A stretch of DNA of 64,000 bases from an uncultured Nitrospiraceae bacterium. Its GTDB lineage: Bacteria; Nitrospirota; Nitrospiria; Nitrospirales; Nitrospiraceae. Below, piece after piece: positions 10,653-20,065 of the stretch. Position numbers and translations under genes: made by a program. A model generated the notes under the pieces. It saw nothing but the letters and a program-made list of their open reading frames with translations, searched no databases and had not been told where the DNA came from. The DNA is taken from NCBI GenBank assembly GCA_963846575.1, contig CAWJWJ010000002.1:448001-512000 (forward strand). The letters are read 5' to 3'. Within the stretch, counting starts at the first letter, position 1; each line of letters starts with the position of its first letter.

Positions 10653-10988
10653 ATGTCCTCGATTCTTCTCATCGAAGACGATGTCAGTCTGCGAGAATTG
10701 ATACATATCACCTTGAGGACGGCGGGATACGACGTCATCGATGCGGTGAACGGCCGACTCGGACTCAAGGCATTTCGGAAGTCGCCGACCGACCTGTATA
10801 TGCCAGAGCGAGACGGTTTGGAAGTGCGGCGCTCCCATCGCAGCGTTAAGGTCCTCGCGATCTCGGGGGCCTCAGGGACCATCGGATATTTTCCACTCGC
10901 GCAGTCCTTAGGCGCCGTGGCTGTCCTTCAAAAGCCATTTTCTCCTTCAGTGTTATTAAAGGTCGTCGCGGAGCTGCTGAGTCATTGA
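10653..10988 (+). CDS. Single-domain response regulator with internal in-frame deletions (possible pseudogene)
   Basis: LLIEDD, DLYMP, AISG, LQKPF present; beta3 and part of alpha3 appear missing. GGAGG SD. Confidence 0.65.
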   Translation: MSSILLIEDDVSLRELIHITLRTAGYDVIDAVNGRLGLKAFRKSPTDLYMPERDGLEVRRSHRSVKVLAISGASGTIGYFPLAQSLGAVAVLQKPFSPSVLLKVVAELLSH

Positions 10989-11083
10989 TGGCTCAGGGTC
11001 GGAGCCAGTCGATTCCAGAAAAGCGAGCCTCCAGAACACGCGCGCACATCGGCGAATTGTGTTGCCAACTGAGGCTAAATAAG

Positions 11084-11431
11084 ATGATGGAAAATCCGTT
11101 GTCCCCCCACGCCCCTCTCAACCACTGCCCGCCCCCACTTGTCCCGATCATGCTGGAAGTCGTTGCGGCTCACAATGCCGCCATGCCAAGTGTGGGCGAA
11201 GGCATCCACGAGAAGACGGTGGAGATGGCCGGCAGCGACTACGATCAGCTGCTGGTGCTGTACTACACTGCATTCGGGACGCCCTTCTCCTGTAAAGACG
11301 CACAGCACGGGGTCACTCATACTTTATCCTTCGCCGATAAACCAGCCGTGGTACAGGAAACTCTGACTAGCACGACTCGCCGCTATACCGTACAGGTGAA
11401 GTTGCTGAAGCTGCCGGCCGTGCCCTGGTAG
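11084..11431 (+). CDS. Hypothetical protein
   Basis: Open frame with protein-like composition; no recognised motif. Confidence 0.4.
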   Translation: MMENPLSPHAPLNHCPPPLVPIMLEVVAAHNAAMPSVGEGIHEKTVEMAGSDYDQLLVLYYTAFGTPFSCKDAQHGVTHTLSFADKPAVVQETLTSTTRRYTVQVKLLKLPAVPW

Positions 11432-11858
11432 CCCCTGAATGCCGAAAGGCACTCGAGTGGTCGATTCAATCCCGTATGGGACTGTTCTCCTTTTGGATCA
11501 GCGTACTGGCGATGGTGTGCTTGAACCATGCGATGCGCACGTGGACGAGACTCACGCATCCCTGTGCGCACGTCGCTGGGCTCGGTGATCGGCCTTCGCG
11601 GTTGCCTGGGGATGTTGACCCCTCGTCAGTCGGCATGGTGGGCTGAGAACCATCCCAGAACGAGGACGCTACCTGGCCATGCGTGCGATGATTCTGTGAG
11701 CTCTGTCGTGGTTCGCGCAGAAGTTTGGTCCATACACGCGAGAAAGACGTCATCTGCACCAGCACCAGGCCCTAGGACGCCTTGATCCTCCCAATCGTAG
11801 AGCCCATTCCATCTAACGCGGAATAGCCGTCCTAGCGGCTTTGTCCTAGAGTCGCGCC

Positions 11859-12230
11859 ATGCAAATATGCTGCTCGCCGAACGAGGATGAAGGCCTTCCC
11901 TTCTCTTGTACGATCTCCATCACCGATGAAGCCGAGCCCATGGATGGCACGATCTGGGCCTTCTACCCGCATCGCTGTCTCCTTGAAAGCGGTCGCGGCC
12001 TCACTCTCGGAATGGGCGTCTCCCAAACGTTGGACCTCTCTGAGATCGCGCGGGTCCGGCTCGGGCCTGGGATCGTCACATGGGTCTGCGACAAGGCATG
12101 CGGCATTGAGTTTCCACACAGTTCGGCATCTACCACCTTTGAGCGGCTACCATGCGCAGGTGAGGTCTCGGCCGTCGATCACGCCCATGTCTCCAGGGTC
12201 CACCTGTGCCCAACACTCCCCGCGGATTAA
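11859..12230 (+). CDS. Degenerate PilZ-like protein
   Basis: DGTI...CLLES...LGMGV..L.L...GIVTWV...CGIEF beta-barrel pattern; RxxxR and DxSxxG absent. Confidence 0.55.
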   Translation: MQICCSPNEDEGLPFSCTISITDEAEPMDGTIWAFYPHRCLLESGRGLTLGMGVSQTLDLSEIARVRLGPGIVTWVCDKACGIEFPHSSASTTFERLPCAGEVSAVDHAHVSRVHLCPTLPAD

Positions 12231-12254
12231 CTTTGAGGAGACCAGTCACCGTCT

Positions 12255-12614
12255 ATGGAGCAAGTCGACGCACATCTAAAGATCCTTCTGCAAGACTTCG
12301 TGCGACTGTGTCCCGAGGACACGCCCTTAGAAGGAGACGACTGGGCCGGCCTGCATGAAATTTGTGTGTTTATCCACGAGCAAGAGATTCAGTGCGCACC
12401 TTCGACCTTTCGGGATTTCTTGATCCAGCATGGCTGTTCGGAGAACAAGGCCACGGCCGTGAGTCAGTACTATAGTCACTACCTTCACCAGCTGAAGGTG
12501 CGTGGTCACGATCCCCAGACCTCTGTCCAGAAGCTGGACGAGACGCCAACGCAAACTGGCGCTGAGGCTCACGCTCACAACCAAGGAGCGACGGATGTGT
12601 CGGTTCCAATTTAA
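12255..12614 (+). CDS. Small helical Cys/His protein, paralog of 13682..13954
   Basis: GAGGAG SD; shares LLQD..R.CP, DW, EIC..H, R.FL..GCS..KA with the 13682 ORF. Confidence 0.75.
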   Translation: MEQVDAHLKILLQDFVRLCPEDTPLEGDDWAGLHEICVFIHEQEIQCAPSTFRDFLIQHGCSENKATAVSQYYSHYLHQLKVRGHDPQTSVQKLDETPTQTGAEAHAHNQGATDVSVPI

Positions 12615-12777
12615 TCGGAAGAATCATGAGTCAGTTGTCGTCAAGGGAAGACGGGTCGACATAGTGGACGGTTGCATCACAGTCGTGGATGCACAAGACC
12701 GGCCTCTTGCAACGTTTGACCCAGCCGAGCTGTCGAGTTGGTGGATGGTGCCCGAGACCCGAACGCCCTCCTCATGA
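12595..12777 (+). CDS. Small hypothetical protein (60 aa, beta-rich)
   Basis: AAGGAG SD 6 nt before the ATG; overlaps the upstream gene end. Confidence 0.55.
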   Translation: MCRFQFNRKNHESVVVKGRRVDIVDGCITVVDAQDRPLATFDPAELSSWWMVPETRTPSS

Positions 12778-13320
12778 TTATCTGCTATCTCACCAGGTCG
12801 CATCCTCTTTTCAGGTCGTCTGGACCACAAATTGAATAGCAGAAAAAAAGGACAGCCGCAGTGTCCATGTGGCTCAGCCGGTTTCAAGGCATCGATTAAA
12901 CCAAAGTATGCGGTGAACGACTTATCGCTCAATTTCTGGAGCCTTTGCCCTCCTTTCGGAATACAGCGAGTGGTATGGTCTTAGTGCTGGGCTCTTCACA
13001 TAGCGCGGCAGTCAGGCCAGAAGCACGCTTTGAAGTCCCGTCTATACACGGACTGAGTCACACAATTATTTCTTCGACGACCGCATTCTCTTGCTAGTCT
13101 CCGGTGGGAACTAATTGGCCGTCATTGCCATGATAGCAAGTCGTCGCCCGTGGGTCACTCCGCCTTCCAAATGCAGGCCATCCTTCAAATCTTTGCACAG
13201 TACACCTAGGTGCCCTCCCGCCTTTGCGGTACGTCCTCTGGGGCATGGCAAAGATGCGAGGTTGGGTTATTCTTCCTCATGGACAGGACGGCTACCCTAG
13301 GAGAACAAAGTGTTGCCTCC

Positions 13321-13632
13321 ATGATTGAGATCCCTTGCCGAGTTGACTATCGCCCGACCAACGCCCAGCAATTTTGCGAATGGACCGGCCGAGTCGCTCG
13401 GCTGTCTGCTACCGAATGCCGGATCGTCGCTGCCCATGTACCTCAGCCCGGCGCCTGGCGGGAGCTCCGGATCTATCTGCGCGGACATGCCTGGCCAATC
13501 AAGGTCCCCCAGGCAGAGGTGGGGTGGAGTCACTGGAGGGACTTTACGGTGGGATTTCTTCATTTCTCGAGGCAGGAGCAGGACCAGCTCGAAGGCTCTC
13601 TCAGAGCCGCCTCGGTCCTAGTCGCGAATTGA
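13321..13632 (+). CDS. Degenerate PilZ-like protein
   Basis: IPCRV...GRVARLS.TECRI...PG...ELRIYL...WPIKV..AEV.W...FTVGF...EQDQL matches stand-alone PilZ; c-di-GMP motifs absent. Start uncertain. Confidence 0.7.
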   Translation: MIEIPCRVDYRPTNAQQFCEWTGRVARLSATECRIVAAHVPQPGAWRELRIYLRGHAWPIKVPQAEVGWSHWRDFTVGFLHFSRQEQDQLEGSLRAASVLVAN

Positions 13633-13681
13633 CGAGCCATTCCTGCCCCCTGAAGAATCCTCACAAAGGAGTACGACTGGC

Positions 13682-13954
13682 ATGGACAAACACGTTCAGA
13701 GACTGCTGCAGGATCTTGCCCGAACCTGCCCCGCCAGCGATCTTCAACAGAAGGATTGGGAAGAGATGTATGAAATCTGCCTGTACGCGCATTTGAATGC
13801 CATAGTACTGACCCCTCGTAGCCTGAGAGTGTTTCTCCACGAGCAAGGGTGTTCGGTGCAAAAGGCAGCTTTTTTGAGTCACCAAGTTGAACATCTGACC
13901 CGCATCCTGAGCCTCTATGACGAGCGGCGAGCCGAACAAAGCGCCCGAGACTGA
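13682..13954 (+). CDS. Small helical Cys/His protein, paralog of 12255..12614
   Basis: AAGGAG SD; clear similarity to the 12255 ORF. Confidence 0.78.
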   Translation: MDKHVQRLLQDLARTCPASDLQQKDWEEMYEICLYAHLNAIVLTPRSLRVFLHEQGCSVQKAAFLSHQVEHLTRILSLYDERRAEQSARD

Positions 13955-14002
13955 CCACCGGTGCTTCCAGGGATTTCATCGCACATGGAACCGGGAGTGA
14001 GC

Positions 14003-14419
14003 ATGCAACGTCTTGAGAAGGCAACAGTTGACGCGAAACTCCAGATGCTGATCCGGCATTTGGTGCTCAGCTTTCTCCAAGCCACCATTTTTTCTCGTGA
14101 GGTGGAGGAGCAGTACGCTGTCGTGGTCATCGCCCCTTATGACGGGGGCCCTGACAAAGTCATTCAAGTCGAACGGGCGTGGCTGGCCAAGCAGCCGGAC
14201 ACGATGGAAGCATTTCGACGTGTGCTGGAAAATCTGAACTTGCCGACCGTCCTCCAACGGTACGGAAGATACGACCTGGGATCGGCCGATTGGAGCGACC
14301 CCGCCAACGCACGATGGCTGGCGGCCCAAGGCAGCGATGTGGTCTCTCTTGGCCGCCTGCACCTCTCGGGTCCGTCCCTTCCATCGTCTGCCCGTGCAGT
14401 CTTCCCTGCCCGTGCATAA
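14003..14419 (+). CDS. Hypothetical protein
   Basis: GGGAG SD before ATG; follows 13682 in an apparent operon. Confidence 0.55.
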   Translation: MQRLEKATVDAKLQMLIRHLVLSFLQATIFSREVEEQYAVVVIAPYDGGPDKVIQVERAWLAKQPDTMEAFRRVLENLNLPTVLQRYGRYDLGSADWSDPANARWLAAQGSDVVSLGRLHLSGPSLPSSARAVFPARA

Positions 14420-15187
14420 CGAACACCTCCAGGGCACCGGGAACGCTCTGAGATCCGTCCCCCCGACGAAATACTCGATCACCTGATTGGATTCGAGTGA
14501 ACCTATCCTATTTGGCAGGTTTTAGGATATACGATGGATTTTACTTTTGGCCTGGTGCCCTTTGAAGGCGAAGTGCGCGCGCGAATTCTTCACTAGGAAT
14601 GACTTAGATTCATACCCGTGTAGCGCATTCCATTAGGCCCGTTTAAGTGCCTCTCCACTTTGGTCGATGTGTCCCATAGGCTATTCCTTTGCTCGGAGCT
14701 CCCACTGCGGTCGGGGATCTTCACTCAATTTTCACCGGTGTGAATTCCGACCATCCTCACGCAGCCAGAGCGATTCCTTCAATTTTGAAGGAAAGCCCTG
14801 ATACCAACGATGGGCGGATTGCTTGCCCTCCACCAATTCCTTCCTCCCTGTCACGCAGCTGCTACATGATACCTGGCGGGTCATTAGGCTGGTTGTCTCC
14901 TAAACGGTTGCTCTATTCTCCGCTGAGTAGCTTCTCATTCATGTGAGCCTTTTGGGTCACATCCATCAGGTCTCGTCAACTCCGCGCACAAGGTCCCTTG
15001 ATCGCCTGCTCCTGTTGGAGTGATGCATCGACCACCTCCGCCTTGCGGCCTCGGTCTCATCAGGCACTTAGGTGCCGATACAATTGTGCCATATACAGTG
15101 AAGAGACTCAGGCCTAGGATGCAGCCTTCCGCTGTGTTCACCCTGAGGCAGTTCTCGTCTCGCCTCACCCTGAGAAAGGATAACGGC

Positions 15188-15465
15188 ATGACACCACTTC
15201 ACCAAGAAGTGCTGGGATACATCCGTGCCTGCGAGCATCTGCTATCCCCACGCGTGCGGCAGCTTTCCCGGACGAGCAGGAACTGGTGGTTCATTACGCG
15301 ACCGAAGTGCTGCAGTTATTCGCGCCCGGTGGCGACTCCCGTCCTTTCGCGCAACAGACCAAGAACCCCTGCCACGCCAGCGGTAATGACCGCAAGATCG
15401 ATCGCGGCGGTCCCCCGGGCGAACGGGTCGGTGGCGAGCGCCTTCCCGATCGATCGAATCTGTGA
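15188..15465 (+). pseudogene. Small helical protein with apparent 1-nt frameshift near 15268
   Basis: AAAGGA SD; MTPLHQEVLGYIRACEHLLS continues as an amphipathic LSPDEQELVVHYATEVLQLF if one C is added to TTTCCC. Confidence 0.4.
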
Positions 15466-15755
15466 TGCCTGATGCTCAATGCACCTAAGTCACATCCCCC
15501 AAGCGCTTCAGTAGGTGCTTGATAAGCAAAAGCTCTGTTCGTCAATACTTGCTTTCTTGTCTTCCAGCCATCCCGCCTGCCAAGGCCCTTCTCCTGGCCG
15601 AAAGGCCTCGATATCTTCCTCGAAGATCGATATATTGCCGCCGATAGTTGCCTCGGGTGCCTCCAGTCGAGCCAGCGCGCCGCACTCGAGGAGGTCTAAT
15701 CGCTCACTGCTTGGCCTCGGCTAGAGGATTCGGGTAGCGTGGCAGGAGAACGGAA

Positions 15756-17285
15756 ATGGGCAAGGAGGATACCGACAAGCACCAGCCGCTTGCCATAGTC
15801 TCGACTACTCGGACTGGAACCATCACGAGCTTCAATAGAGCCGCCGAACGCCTCTTGGGGTTTGATGCGGAGGAGATCATCGGATTACGTTCCCTCGTCT
15901 CGTTCCATGATCCAGCCGAGTTGAAGCGTCGAGGCGCAACCGATCTCTCCGAAATCAGGACAGCGGCAGGAGATGAGTTTGGCATCATCGTCGCAGAGGC
16001 CGTACCCGGTCATACGACCGATCACCAGTGGACCTATATCCCTTGCAAGGGCCGTCCCGTGCGGGTTCGCCTCTGGGTCACGGCCCTGTCCGACGAAACT
16101 GACGGCATAGCGGGGTACGTCATGGTCCTTCAACCCCACGATGAAAAATCGCGTTCCAGCGAGCTTCTCAGGCATCAAGCGGAACTTCTTGACCTCGCGA
16201 ATGACGCGATACTGGTACGAGATCTGGAACACGATACCATTGACTATTGGAATGACGGGGCCGTGCGTCTCTACGGATGGACCAGTAGCGAGGCTGAGGG
16301 TGCATATATTCATGATTTTCTGAAGACGGTCTTTCCTCAGCCATTGACGGAGATTAAAGAGAGTTTTCTCGCCGACGGATTTTGGACCGGGGAACTTCTG
16401 CATACGACACGGACCGGCGAGAGGATCGCCGTCTCCAGTCGCTGGACTCTGCTCAGGAATTCGGAGGACGTCCCCAGCGCGAGTCTGGAGTTGAATACGG
16501 ACATCACTAAGCAAAAACAGGCGCAAGAAGCGCTGACGGCCGCCCATCAAGAACTGGAACGGCGTGTCGAGGAGCGCACGATGGCGTTGAGCGACGCCAA
16601 TACCCGATTGCAGGTCCTCTCGCGACGATTGATGGAGATCCAAGAGTTGGAGCGTCGCGCCATTGCGAGAGACCTGCACGATGAGATCGGGCAGGCATTG
16701 ACGGCCATAAAAATGAACCTTCGCGAATTCGAAGTGCAGCGTGAGGCCGAGGGGCCGTCCGACAAACAGCTGGCCGAGAGTCTACTAATTCTGGATCAGG
16801 TGCTTCAGCATATACGCAACCTGGCGTTGGACCTGAGGCCCTCGATGCTTGACGAGTTGGGTCTCATTCCCGCTTTGAGGTGGTACGTCGCAAGACAGGC
16901 CGAACGTGCTGGATGGATCCTGAAGTTTCTGGCCGATGAGGCCATGACCAGACCGTCTCCGGAGGTGGAGATTACCTGTTTCCGGCTCACGCAGGAGGCC
17001 TTGACCAATGTGGCGCGCCATGCGAAAGCCACAGTAGTGGAAGTTCGTCTCGAACGCAGTGGTGCGGAGCTGGATCTCATCATTCGGGACGATGGGGTCG
17101 GATTTGTGCCGGATCTTATTCGCAGCGGGATTCGTGCGGGGACAAGTGTAGGCATCTCCGGCATGGAAGAACGCGTTCGTCTTGCAGGAGGACGAATCCT
17201 GATCCATTCCACCCCCGCGGCCGGAACTGAAATCCGCGCCACGTTTCCGCTAGACACGAGTCGCGCCGAGACAGCCTATGAATAA
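15756..17285 (+). CDS. PAS-PAS sensor histidine kinase, HisKA_3 (NarX/UhpB type)
   Basis: Two PAS domains, signalling helix, ARDLHDEIGQ H-box, QEALTNVARHA, DDGVGF. Confidence 0.93.
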   Translation: MGKEDTDKHQPLAIVSTTRTGTITSFNRAAERLLGFDAEEIIGLRSLVSFHDPAELKRRGATDLSEIRTAAGDEFGIIVAEAVPGHTTDHQWTYIPCKGRPVRVRLWVTALSDETDGIAGYVMVLQPHDEKSRSSELLRHQAELLDLANDAILVRDLEHDTIDYWNDGAVRLYGWTSSEAEGAYIHDFLKTVFPQPLTEIKESFLADGFWTGELLHTTRTGERIAVSSRWTLLRNSEDVPSASLELNTDITKQKQAQEALTAAHQELERRVEERTMALSDANTRLQVLSRRLMEIQELERRAIARDLHDEIGQALTAIKMNLREFEVQREAEGPSDKQLAESLLILDQVLQHIRNLALDLRPSMLDELGLIPALRWYVARQAERAGWILKFLADEAMTRPSPEVEITCFRLTQEALTNVARHAKATVVEVRLERSGAELDLIIRDDGVGFVPDLIRSGIRAGTSVGISGMEERVRLAGGRILIHSTPAAGTEIRATFPLDTSRAETAYE

Positions 17286-17928
17286 TGTACGCGTATTACT
17301 AGCCGAAGATCATACCTTGGTGCGCGCAGGTTTCAGGATGTTGCTGGAAAAGATTCCGGGTGTTCTCGTCATCGGAGAAGTCAGCGATGGCCGGATCGCA
17401 GTGAAGACGTCGAAAGAACTCGAACCTGATGTTGTGTTGATGGATATCGCCATGCCGGGGATGAACGGGCTCGAAGCGACTCGCCGCATCCGACAGGAGA
17501 GCCCGCGCATCAAGGTGTTAATGCTGTCCATGTACACGAATGAGGAGTATCTGAAGGAAGCGTTACGGGCAGGCGCGGCTGGTTATCTTCTCAAAGATGC
17601 CGATCGAAACGAACTTGAACTGGCCATTAACGTCGTGTGGCGGGGAGAGACCTATCTCACACCTAGCATGGCCAAGTTCGCCGTGGATGCCTATTGTCGA
17701 AAAGGGGAGGATCAGACCGGCCCACTGGCGCGTCTGACCGGTCGGCAGCGCGAAATCCTGCAATTGATCGCAGAGGGATGCTCTACGAAACAAATCGCGC
17801 AACGGCTGGAGCTGAGTGTCAAAACGGTAGAAACCCACCGGGCGCAGCTTATGGAGCGCCTTGAAATCCATGATGTTCCAGGTCTTGTCCGCCTAGCGAT
17901 CCGCACCGGTCTGGTCAAGCCAGATTAA
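17278..17928 (+). CDS. NarL/FixJ family response regulator (REC + LuxR HTH)
   Basis: AEDH, MDIAMP, LTGRQREILQLIAEG..TKQIA..LELSVKTVETHR. Confidence 0.95.
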   Translation: MNNVRVLLAEDHTLVRAGFRMLLEKIPGVLVIGEVSDGRIAVKTSKELEPDVVLMDIAMPGMNGLEATRRIRQESPRIKVLMLSMYTNEEYLKEALRAGAAGYLLKDADRNELELAINVVWRGETYLTPSMAKFAVDAYCRKGEDQTGPLARLTGRQREILQLIAEGCSTKQIAQRLELSVKTVETHRAQLMERLEIHDVPGLVRLAIRTGLVKPD

Positions 17929-18015
17929 GCTCCCGATCGCCTCAACTTTGTATTACCTAAGGTGTTTTTCGACTCTTTCCAAGGGTAACCCCGATTCCTT
18001 CGTTGTGGTGTGATA

Positions 18016-18030
18016 TGGCACCTTGCTTGC
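18016..18030 (+). promoter_or_regulatory. Putative sigma54 (-24/-12) promoter
   Basis: TGGCAC-CTTGC-TTGC is an exact match to TGGCAC-N5-TTGC, intergenic and pointing at the 18187 ORF. Confidence 0.65.
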
Positions 18031-18186
18031 CATATTTGCCGTCAAGCAGGGGGACGGGCGCCTTGCGAAACTCTCGAGAAAAACTCGGGGGAGAGGCGGG
18101 CAGAAAACTCGACAAGCAGTAGTCGCATCGAGCGATAGAAGCTCGTGAACGGTGCGGCGATTTCACAATAAGTGGAGCCATGTGTG

Positions 18187-18396
18187 ATGAAACACGCGAC
18201 TTCTCTCTTGAGCAGAGCCAACAATCGCCTGCGAGTTTTATCCCGCAGCCTCCTGGATGGCCGGGAGTTTGACCGATGCTCGATCGCACAGGACTTGCGT
18301 GACGAGAACGGGCACGTCATTCCCCTCATCACGCTGAATGTTTGTGAGATCGGAAAACCGCCGGGACATCCGAGTGTTGCGCTGTGTGAGGAATAG
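18187..18396 (+). CDS. Stand-alone pseudo-DHp microprotein (copy of neighbouring kinase S-helix/H-box, His to Arg)
   Basis: 23/47 ungapped identities by hand to the 15756 kinase segment LSDANTRL...MNLRE; GGAG SD. Confidence 0.6.
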   Translation: MKHATSLLSRANNRLRVLSRSLLDGREFDRCSIAQDLRDENGHVIPLITLNVCEIGKPPGHPSVALCEE

Positions 18397-18531
18397 CTGG
18401 CCGATGGCTTCCCGAATGTAGATCAACTGCTCCGACATCTCCGCCGGTTAGCGTCGGATACGAAGGCTCACAATCCGTGATGGAGTGGACCCAACCCCGT
18501 GGTGAAACGGGGTCCCTCGAAGGAGATGCCC

Positions 18532-18675
18532 ATGAAGCACATGACTCCTCATGCAAACTTCAGTGATCTGAAGCTGAAGGACAATCAGTTTAAAAAACTG
18601 GCTCTGGCGTCCGCGATTCTTCTAGTGACAGTCCTTGCCATCCTCATTCTGGAACTGCCCGGAATCAGGCGCTGA
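18532..18675 (+). CDS. Small single-pass membrane protein (47 aa)
   Basis: AAGGAG SD; MKHMTPHANFSDLKLKDNQFKKLALASAILLVTVLAILILELPGIRR; below the ORF-track cut-off. Confidence 0.55.
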   Translation: MKHMTPHANFSDLKLKDNQFKKLALASAILLVTVLAILILELPGIRR

Positions 18676-19269
18676 CTGCACGTGAACCTCCCTAGCCTAA
18701 AGATATCGCGCCTATCCGGGAATGATGCGACAGCCAACTGGTATTCATCGAATGCCTGCATAATTGTCGAGCGACGAAGGCATAATCTGCCAAATCGGCT
18801 GGCGATACTCACCGCCGTAGCTACCGGCTTCATGCTCGTGATTCTCCTCATCCTAGACCTCGGAGAGATGGCGACCGGAGTTGTCCATCAGTTACGGAGT
18901 GAGAGTCCCTTTCCAGATAGCAAGGAAGGTCAGGTGCGCTCAATGAGACCCAAGCCGAATCCCGGTCGGCGGGCGACTGAGAACTATGGGGATGGTGCGC
19001 ACGGCAATAACCTGGGGACCCAATGGTATTCCCGGCAGGACGGCGGGTTTGCCGCAGGTTCAAGACTCTAAGATCGTCGAGTCCGACAGCCCCATTAGTG
19101 ATGACCGTATGGTAAGGCCCCGAACATCTGTTGCCTCCATGCCTGACAGATGCAATGGTTAGCTCTCTAAGAATGGCGGCGCCAAGAAGAACATGGGCGA
19201 ATCGAGGCCTCAGATGTTTCCACAAGTTTCGTAACGTGCCGCCTCTGAAACGTTCATGAGGTAGGGGCC

Positions 19270-19457
19270 ATGGGACCTTCAGCCTATTGTCGGGATTGTT
19301 GAATGCTGGTGGCGATGGCAAAACATCGGAGGACCGGCAGCGGTTGGATGTTCTGCTGAATGCGTGGAGGTCCGGGGGCGAACTCGAACAGCGGGAGGGC
19401 CCGTGCGAGCGGTGCGGCCACTATATGGAGGTGAGCTACTACGAGGTGACTACTTAA
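19270..19457 (+). pseudogene. Small zinc-ribbon-like protein (CRDC...CERC) split by a 1-nt frameshift
   Basis: MGPSAYCRDC in one frame and LNAGG...EGPCERCGHYMEVSYYEVTT in another; one extra T at ~19300 joins them. Confidence 0.45.
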
Positions 19458-19741
19458 GCCGTCTTCATGCAGGTGGAGCGTATCAACGATTGGATCGCTG
19501 GCTCAGAAGGACTCCGCCAACAAAAAAGAGCAGAGTTCCTGCGGAGCGCGAGCCTCACTTGCCTCGGTCTACCTCACTCTGATTTTCGTGCTGATGCGTT
19601 GTCATCGGGGCTAGGGGATAGAACTGCGTGCACGACAGGGCCACGCATGTCTCGGCCCGCCATGGAAGTCTACGGACGTTGAAAATTGAGGGTCGGTGAA
19701 AGTCTAGCAAGGTCGAGGGATGCGGGGGAAGGCAGTCACGG

Positions 19742-20065
19742 TCATTTGTACACGACGGTGACCCGAGCGAGGAAATTCTGAAGGTGTTCCTGCTGATCCT
19801 GCAGCGCGATAAGGTTTTTCGCCATGGCGGCCTCTTCAAGGTGATGCCCGATCGTACTGATCTGGGCAAACCCATACCCTCCGCCATCGCCCTTCATGCG
19901 ATGGCCCAAAACCCGAATGGTATCCAGGTCTCCCTGCTGGAGGCAGGCAGCGATCGTGCTGAGGTCCCGCTGGCGATTGGCCAGGAATCCCGGCACGATG
20001 GCCTCCAGGTCGACGTCCACCTGTACGACAATTTTTTCTTCGGCAGTCGGGCGCGCGGGGATCAT
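19742..20065 (-). CDS. Hpt phosphotransfer protein
   Basis: [13 protein letters not shown]pt motif. Confidence 0.9.
   Translation of the reverse strand: MIPARPTAEEKIVVQVDVDLEAIVPGFLANRQRDLSTIAACLQQGDLDTIRVLGHRMKGDGGGYGFAQISTIGHHLEEAAMAKNLIALQDQQEHLQNFLARVTVVYK

Noticed and set aside
15885..16679. Long antisense ORFs (also 37505..38110, 53442..54062, 57078..57815, 58902..59606)
   Set aside because: Shadows of well-supported genes on the opposite strand; no motifs.
19300..19302. TGA after CRDC as selenocysteine
   Set aside because: Readthrough does not reach the second CxxC; a single-base frameshift explains it better.
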